64,000 bases of DNA from Octopus vulgaris (Eukaryota), in assembly GCA_951406725.2 (NCBI GenBank), contig OX597834.1:33604001-33668000 (forward strand), in the 5' to 3' direction. Position numbers and translations under genes: made by a program. The notes beneath the pieces are model-generated. The model was not told where the DNA came from. It was given only the letters and a program-made list of their open reading frames with translations, and searched no databases. How positions within the stretch are numbered: position 1 is the stretch's first letter; each line of letters begins with the position of its first letter. Of the stretch, positions 55,154-64,000 are shown one piece after another.

Positions 55154-55376
55154 AGAAGAAGAATATTGAGGTGCTGCTGTTGCTGCTGCTGATGATGATA
55201 AAGGAGGTGTAAGAGGCGGGGGAGGAGAAGAGACAAAAGGAGAAGAAAGACAGTAAGAAAGAAAGAAAGAAAGAAAGAAAGAAAAAAAAGAAAGGAAAAG
55301 AAAGAAAGAAAGAAGGGAAGTAAGAATAACAAAAAATGTGAAAGACAGGAAGAAAAAAGAAAAGAATGCAGGAAAG

Positions 55377-55420
<44 letters not shown>

Positions 55421-55700
55421 TAGAAAGGAGGAAGAAAAACGAAAAAGAGAAAGAGAGAGAGAGAGAGAGAAAGATAGAAAGGAAGAAGGAAAATACAAAG
55501 AGAGAGAGACAGGTAGAAAGAAAAAAAAATGAAAGGCAGAGAAAAAAATACAAAGAAGAAAAGGAAGAAAAGAAACAAAGAAAGAGAGCGGTGGAAAAGA
55601 GAAAGAAAAAGAGAGAAAGAGAGAGGAGGAAGGGAGGAAGAGAGCATGCTATAACGAAATTAAAATCAAAAAGAAAATGAAGAAGATGAAGAAGAAAAAA
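54955..55700 (+). repeat. Polypurine tract (GAG/GAA/GA repeats)
   Basis: About 750 bp that is almost purely A/G. Confidence 0.9.
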
Positions 55701-56699
55701 ATCATACATTGAAGAGTTGATGTGTAGACAAACAGCAGATCACTTTGATGATATTATTGAAAGAGAAATTTCCTGTTATTATAAGAAATAAGAAATACAA
55801 AATTCAGAAGAGAAGTGGAGAGAGAAAAAGATTAAAAAACATGGCGACATGGCGTTTTTTTTTTTTTATAAAGTGAGCTTCTGGTCACGTGGTATTATTA
55901 TACTTTTACAGTTGATTTGGATGGCGAAAGGGCAATTTTTTTTTTACCCTTACCCCCTAATATTTTTTTAACACATATCCTAACCCGCTTTCGAAACTGT
56001 AGCTTACCTCCACTGATTAAATAGTTTATTATTATTATTATTATTATTATTACAATTACTATTATTATTATCATTATTATTATCATCATCATTATATTCA
56101 TCATCATCATCATCATCATTACCATCATCATCATTATGTTTTGGATATTTTTTCCTTTTTTCTTTTACATTATTCAATCATTTAATTCCAGTCTCAAACA
56201 TTTAAACCAGTTAATGAAAGAGCGGGTGGGGGTTGCGGGGCGAGTAGGGTGGGAGTTAATGGTCCCAAATACAAAGAAAGAATAACAGGATGCGTCGTCG
56301 TCGTCATCGTCGTCGTCATCATCATCATCATCATCATCGTCGTCGTTGTTATCGGTTTCTGATTTAGGGTAAGACCAGTAATTCTTGAAGAGAGCGCTTA
56401 CTCGATTCCATGAGCTCCATGCATGACTGGTACTTCATTTTATCAAATAATGATAATAATAATAATAATAATAAAGTTGACCTCTACAGCAATTGAACAT
56501 CAGTTTGGAAGGAGCTGGAAGAAGGCAAGATATTTCTTCCTACTTTACGTTCTGAGTTCAAATTCCGCTGAGGTTGACTTTGCCTTTCATCCTTTCGAGG
56601 TCGATAAATTACATACCAGTGAAACACTGGGGTCGATGTAATCGACTAGTCACCTCAAACAAAAATTTCAGGCCATGTGCCTTTAGTAGAAAGGATTAC

Positions 56700-56748
<49 letters not shown>

Positions 56749-57524
56749 GTTGTTGTTGTTGTTATTGCTGACAAAATCGTTAGCACGCCGAACAGAATGC
56801 TCAACATTATTTCGTCCGTCACTACGTTTTGAGTTCAAATTCAGCCGAGGTGGACTTTGCCTTTCATCCTTTCGGGGTCGATGAAATAAGTACCAGTGGA
56901 ACACTAGGGTCAATGCAATCGACTAGTCCCCCCTCCCCCCAATATTTGTGCCTACATTAGAAAGGGTTATTATTATTAGTTTTTCTTCTTGCAGTTTTGT
57001 TTCCATTTCTTGCCGAGTGTCTTTTGTACGGCCAAGTAGAGAGATTCTGCAGTATAGGAAGATCCCCAGCTAAGGTATAAGGACAGGTTGAAGTAATGAT
57101 CACTGAAATTCCTACAGCTTAATGTAACATCTTAGGAAAGTATTTGCTTAGATCGATCTGAGTGGCATAAAATGTGTCACGATACTTCTAAACAATTTAT
57201 GCTGAAGAAACAGAACAATAAACGAACGATATCCTGTAATCAACAGACACGTTTGCTCAGTCCAGCGTTTCCATTGTGACTTCATAGCGAAATCCATTCC
57301 TGGACTCAAATTACATTCACACATCCATCACAAATAGATGCAGTTTCTGCTTTTTTTTAATCGCCTTTTTATTTAAAATATGTAGCAGTCAGAGTATTGA
57401 TTGAGAGAACCCATTTAATCCATTAGTTCTCCCTAAATACATTTGAAGAAAATTAGCGCCAAAAGAGGGAATCAGACCAAAGAATGGAGTACGAGTCAAA
57501 GAGAGGAGGGGGCATCTTTACACA

Positions 57525-58124
57525 CAATCGTGACCAAAAGTTTGGAACATAGGTCTAAAAATTTTTTCTTCAAGTTATTGAATCATCGGATCAGTTATTA
57601 GGTAAGTATATGTCTACGTTCAATATAGTTGAATCGAAAGGCGGCGAGCTGGCAGAAACGTTAGCACGCCGGGCGAAATGCGTAGCCGTATTTCGTCTGC
57701 CGTTACGTTCTGAGTTCAAATTCCGCCGAGGTCGACTTTACCTTTCCTCCTTTCGGGGTCGATAAATTAAGTACCTGTTACGCACTGGGGTCGATGTAAT
57801 CGACCTAATCCGTTTGTCTGTCCTTGTTTGTCCTCTCTGTGTTTAGCTCCTTGTGGGTAGTAAAGAAATAGGTATTTCGTCTGTCTACGTTCAAATTCTG
57901 TCTTGAGTTCAAATTCTGCCGAGGTCGACTTTGTCTTTCATCCTTTCGGGGTCGATAAATTAAGTACCAGTTGCGTACTAGGGTCGATTTAATCGACTGG
58001 CTCCCTTCCGAAAAATTTCGGGCCTTATACCTAAACTAGAAAAGAATATATTTGAATCGAATTGTACTTGGCATAACAATTTTAACTTTTCAAAAAAAGT
58101 TTTCCAAACTTTTGGCTACGACTG
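57525..58124. mobile_element. Tc1-type MITE with nested SINE copies
   Basis: TIRs caatcgtgaccaaaagtttggaa / ttccaaacttttggctacgactg(ta). SINE family B occupies about 57638-58045 inside it. Confidence 0.75.
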
Positions 58125-58589
58125 TAGTTGCTCAATCTGCAACAGAAAAATAACAGCTAAATCTGCCTCAAACCACACTCAACCATCTTTAAAAAAATGA
58201 AAAAATAATGCAGCCCTGGAACTCGAAACGAAGTCATATTTTGTCACAAACCAAGCATTTTTAGGGTAGATGAAGTAGATCACATCCATCTACAGTGGTC
58301 AACTGGTATTTATTTTATCGATCCCGAAAAGACGAAAGGCAAAGTCGACCACGGTGACATTTGAATCCAGAAGGTAAATGGACGGACGAAATGCCGCCAA
58401 ACATTTTGTCCGGCGTGCAAACGATCCTGCCAGCTTGCCGCCCTTCCAAGCTGGATTAAATGACACCAACAATACACCTATGTGTTTGTTAACCGGAAGT
58501 TAGAAACAATCAAACGCAATACGTACGACGTAGAAGAAATTGAGAAAAAAATGTTGCTGTTGTTGTTGATGGTGGTATTGTTGTTGTAA

Positions 58590-58655
<66 letters not shown>

Positions 58656-59021
58656 GTGTCTTATTACAACTAAGAAAGTTTTTGTTTCATGTCTACATGA
58701 CTTCCGTTCTGGACTGACCAAATATTTCTACATCACAGACACCCCTTACACCAGCACCAGCACCACCACTACCACTACCAGCCTACAACAACATTCTTTC
58801 ACCTTACACTATATACCTGCACATAGCTACACATATATGTATATATTTATGTGCATACCTACATATATATGTATACACACACGCACATACACACATATAT
58901 ATATATATAAGCATATACATATATGCATTATACACACATATATACATATCTTTTATTTATGCATCTGTATACGTATGTATTACCTATATCTGTATGTGTA
59001 ACACATTTATATATACAAACA

Positions 59022-59086
<65 letters not shown>

Positions 59087-59176
59087 ATATATATATATGT
59101 ATGTATATATATATATATATGTATGTATATATATGCATATTTGTATATATATACATATATATACATACGTATACAT

Positions 59177-59211
<35 letters not shown>

Positions 59212-59587
59212 CACGTGTATATATGTATATATATATGTGTGTGTAAGTATAAATATATGTGTATGTGTGTTTATTAAGTAATAGTACAGGTATAGTAATA
59301 TATTTAGTTATGCTGCTAAGGTGTCTGTAAAATAAAGTGAAAAAAAACACTGAATGCTTTTGAAGACAGACTGTTTTATATTTCAAACGTTATTCACAAA
59401 CCTGACCGATGTTCCTCCACCCGGAGGGAGGACAGCATGGCTCTGTTTCTCCTCATATCTCTACACCAACCTGTTCACGCGTATGTAAACGCGCGCACAC
59501 GCACTTATGCGTACTGAGGTCGATCTAATCGACTGGCCCCTCCCTAAAAATTTCGGGCCTTGTGCCTAGAGTAGAAAAGAATATATA

Positions 59588-59965
59588 TCTCTTTTACTTG
59601 TTTCAGTCATTTGACTGCGGCCATGCTGGAGCACCGCCTTTAGTCGAGCAAATCGACCCCGGGACTTATTCTTTGTTAGCCCAGTACTTATTCTATCGGT
59701 CTCTTTTGCCGAACCGCTAAGTGACGGGGACGTAAACACACCAGCATCGGTTGTCAAGCAATGCTAGGAGGACAAACACACACACACATATACATATATA
59801 TACATATATACGACAGGCTTCTTTCAGTTTCCGTCTACCAAATCCACTCACAAGGCATTGGTCGGCCCGGGGCTATAGCAGAAGACACTTGCCCAAGATG
59901 CCACGCAGTGAGACTGAACCCGGAACCATGTGGTTAGTTAGCAAGCTACTTACCACACAGCCATT
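59588..59965 (-). mobile_element. SINE family A, well-preserved copy
   Basis: Highly similar to 877-1246 over its full length. Confidence 0.85.
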
Positions 59966-60673
59966 CCTGAATATAATTATTTTTTGATTCGCAGCTAAAT
60001 TTTAAAATTCGTTGGTTCTCAGTCTTTACAATAAATAACTGATATCAAAAGAATAAAGCGCGGGATGGCTTGATTAGGCTCGGATAAGGAAACCGTCTGG
60101 GGAAATAAAATGTATATAGTTAAGAAAAAAAACCGAAGATATTAAATAAGCAATTAAGGGACGTATAATTTACATGTATGGAATAAACTAACGTTTTTTT
60201 TTATGAATATTTCAAATTGTACGATGGCGATGTTGGAAATATAATATTCAATTAAATTACAGTTTACAAGTAAATATATTTATGCACAGAACTACACACG
60301 TACGAATGTGTATCAAAAAAGTGACACACACACGCAGACACAAATACACGCAAACACACTCAAACAGATGCAAACACACACACACACAGGCATGTACACA
60401 CATACGTATGCAAATATTTCTTATAATTTGTACACACATACATGTAAATACATTTGCGCGCACACAAAGACACACGTACGTACATGTAAAGCTACATGTA
60501 TGTACATGTATGTAAAGCTACACACACACGCACACAAACAACAAACGCTCTGGCTTCGCAACCACATGGTTCCGGGTTCAGTGCCACTGCGTGGCACCTT
60601 CAGCAAGTGTCCTCTGTGATGGTCCTGTTATAGTTAGAAGTTGAAGTCCTGCTCAAAACGAAGTATATATGCA

Positions 60674-60758
<85 letters not shown>

Positions 60759-61262
60759 CTTTTGTTTCTGTCAGTCATTAGACTGTGGCCATGCTGAGGC
60801 ATCGACGTGAAGGGTTTTAGCAAAAAGAATCGACTCTGGTACTGATTTTAAAGCTTGGTACTTACTCTACCAATCCTTATTTCGAACCGCTAGGTTACGG
60901 GAACGTAAATAAACTAACACAGTTTGTTAAGCATTGGAGGGAGACAAACGCAAACTTAAACACGTATACATGCCCAGACACATAAATTCATACATACATT
61001 TATATATGTATACATACATATATATATGTATACATACATACATATATGTATGTATACATACATATATACATACATACAAGGTAGGCTTCTTTCAGTTTCC
61101 GTCTATCAAATCCACTCATAAGGTTATGGTCAAATCGCGGCTGTAGTAGAAGACCCATGTCCAAAGTGCCACGCTGTGGGACTGATCCCGGAACCATGTG
61201 GTTGGGAAGCAAACTTCTTACCACAAGCCACGTCTGTGCTGATATACATGTGTGTGTGTGCA

Positions 61263-61296
<34 letters not shown>

Positions 61297-61429
61297 TGTG
61301 TGTGTGCGTGTGTGTGCGCGCGCGTGTATATATACATATACACATATATATATATTTAAACTCAGAAATATAGATAAATCCGTTATGTAGATTAAAAAGG
61401 TATGGAAGACCCTACATACAAAATAACTA

Positions 61430-61640
61430 TGTACAAACAGCAAATTAGTGAAAAATCCGTGTAATCCACCGTTTTCCTGGTTTGTCCATTCACGCGTGAG
61501 CTCTGGGCAAAATGTGCATGACCATCCTTGGCACGTAAGTAATGTGTGTGTAAAGTTTGGTGAAAATCGGTTGAGAACTGTGGAAATGTAAGCGTTAGTC
61601 AATATATGCACATACATACTGTGATTTATATATACTAGAT
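61430..61640 (-). mobile_element. Probable Helitron-like non-autonomous fragment (5' end)
   Basis: The segment aaagtttggtgaaaatcggttgagaactgtgga...tttatatatactagat resembles the terminus of the 5313-5829 element. No 3' hairpin was found. Confidence 0.4.
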
Positions 61641-61861
61641 ATAAGGATGTGTATATTTATGTGTGTTTATGCGCACATGTATGCATGTACATATCTCAAA
61701 GTAATAATTCCTCGCACGTCTCTTCGTGCAATTCCCCCTCACATGAGATGAAACAAAACAATTCTTTACAAACATTACTCCACCTCTATTCTCTCTATTA
61801 TTTTACAACGTAAATATTTTTGTTTCACTTTCTGTATTTTTTTGTTCATCTTTTTGCAACA

Positions 61862-62020
61862 CATCTCACACACACATGCACACACTCACACATGCACACA
61901 CTCACACATGCACACACTCACATATGCACACACTCACACATGCACACACTCACACATGCACACACTCACACATGCACACACTCACACATGCACACACTCA
62001 CACATGCACACACTCACACT
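61862..62020 (+). repeat. 14-bp tandem minisatellite (cacatgcacacact)n
   Basis: Direct inspection. Confidence 0.85.
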
Positions 62021-62153
62021 CACACATACTATGTACAGTATAACATAGTAATATAGCTAGTATCACCGTCTATTTGCTCTTTCTTTTTTTTTAATTATGG
62101 TACCCCAGTATGGCCACACCCCTAAAAGTATGGTAGTTGTGAATGATGAAAAA

Positions 62154-62188
<35 letters not shown>

Positions 62189-63714
62189 CACATATAAATG
62201 TGTGTGTGTATGTGTTTGTGAGTGTGAGTGCTTGAGAGTGAGTGTGTGTGAGAGTGAATGTGTGTGAGTGAGTGTGAGTGTATATATATGTGTGTGTGTA
62301 TATACACATACATGTGTGTGTGTATATACACATACACACACACTCATACACACACACACATATATATATATACATGCATACATATATGCATACATATATG
62401 TATATATATATATGTATATATATATGAATGTAATCACACACACATGCACACAAGAGTATATTCGTATATTCTCAAGGCACACATGTAAATAAACCTCGAC
62501 GCAAGCAAAAATCAGTTCATAAAATGAAGAGTTTGCACCTCATAGTAAAAGCGTGCAATTACAAACGTATTAATTTCCACAGCTATGCGAAACACATTCT
62601 CGTAGGCGTGTAAGTAAACAAATTAAGAAACAAGTGGTGACGCCAGTTGTAACGTTCTGCCTTTCTGGAAACGTGAATTAAACCGTCTCTGCTTGTTTGA
62701 TATAAAGACGAATAACAGATATCTCTATGCCTTGACAGTGTGGTGTTTCGTGCAGTGCGTAAGGAATTGAGCCTCTGTAAACCTGTCATCTGCACATCTT
62801 CAGACGTCTGTCTATTTATCTATCTATCATGTCAGCTTACCTTGGATTATTCTCATAGTCACTCATAGTCCTGGGTGAAGAATTCTGAGTTTAAGTTCAA
62901 ATTCATTTCAGCACTGCTATGTGTTTTCTGTACTGAGCATATCTAACCCTCATCTATTGTATGCATGTATGTATGTATGTATGTATGTATGTATGTATGT
63001 ATGTATGTATGTATGTATGTATGTATGTATGTATGTATGTATGTATGTATGTATGTATGTATGTATGTATGTATGTATGTATGTATGCATGCATGTATGT
63101 ATCTATGTATGTATGTATGTATTCGTGTCTGTTATATTGGGCGTATAATTACTACATTTTCCTGCCGATTGACCATGCATCTGCAAAACGGAGTCATTAT
63201 AACGCATATTTCATCATACAGAAATGTATCTAGATAGGAAAAGATAATGTTAATTAACAACACAACTATCGAATGTAAAATCCCCATCACCGGTGCCGCC
63301 GTAGCCACCGTCTCCACCCACCACCGCCAAAACCACTACCACCACCACTTACATCGTTAACTGACTGGAAGCTAGGCTAAAAATACTATATTAATTGAAA
63401 AATATATTGTACAAGGTTATTCCAAGCACAATGGTTAAACTATTTCCTCATCGCTGAAAAAAAAAAAAAAAATCCCTGACATTAACAATAAGAAAATGAA
63501 AAATTAAGGCCAGCGTTAGTGAACGAGAAACGTAGACAACTTCGTTCTTTGAATTCTCATGCAATGCATACTTGTGAATATATCTCTGTTCGTTTGTTCC
63601 GGGTTAACTCAAAAACTACGCAAGAAGCATAAAAGCACGCGCATACATATGCGCTCGCACGGCGCCCAAGATACACACACACATAATTATTATTATTAAT
63701 GTAATCATTACTTT

Positions 63715-64000
63715 TGGCGAGCTGGCAGACTCGTTAGCAAGCCAGGCTAAATGCTTAGCGGTATTTCGCCTGCCGCTACGTTCTGAGTTCAAATTCCGCC
63801 GAGGTCGACTTTGCCTTTCATCCTTTCAGGTTCGATTCAATAAGTACCTGTTACGCACTGAGGTCGATATAATCGACTTAATCCGTTTGTCTGTCCTTGT
63901 TTGTCTCCTCTGTGTTTAATCCCTTGTGGGTAGTAAAGAAATAGGTGTTTCGCCTGTCGCTACGTTCTGAGTTCAAATTCCGCCGAGGTCGACTTTGCCT
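63715..64000 (+). mobile_element. SINE family B copy with partial tandem duplication (runs off the window)
   Basis: Full unit followed by a restart at ttcgcctgtcgctacgttctgagttcaaattcc, as also seen at 57870. Confidence 0.8.

Noticed and set aside
54640-55709. Poly-E/K/R and poly-F/S/L ORFs
   Set aside because: Polypurine simple repeats.

Overview
AT-rich, extremely microsatellite- and SINE-dense animal genomic DNA. The repeat families resemble those of octopods (inference). Only one convincing protein-coding ORF is present: an uninterrupted 398-aa, kinase-less FGFR/FGFRL1-like protein with a signal peptide, three Ig domains and a C-terminal hydrophobic tail (22102..23298, -). The rest is decayed mobile DNA: two full-length mariners, a third Tc1/mariner relic, a MULE relic, a non-autonomous Helitron, MITEs, a Dong/R4-like LINE tail in (TAA)n, an RTE fragment and four SINE families. 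The most unusual pattern is a set of four unrelated fold-back elements (about 160-820 bp). Each arm carries a hammerhead-ribozyme-like motif of the Penelope-associated type, and the 3' tails always point outward. Several solo hammerhead-like motifs occur elsewhere. Almost all other ORFs in the track are microsatellite artefacts.
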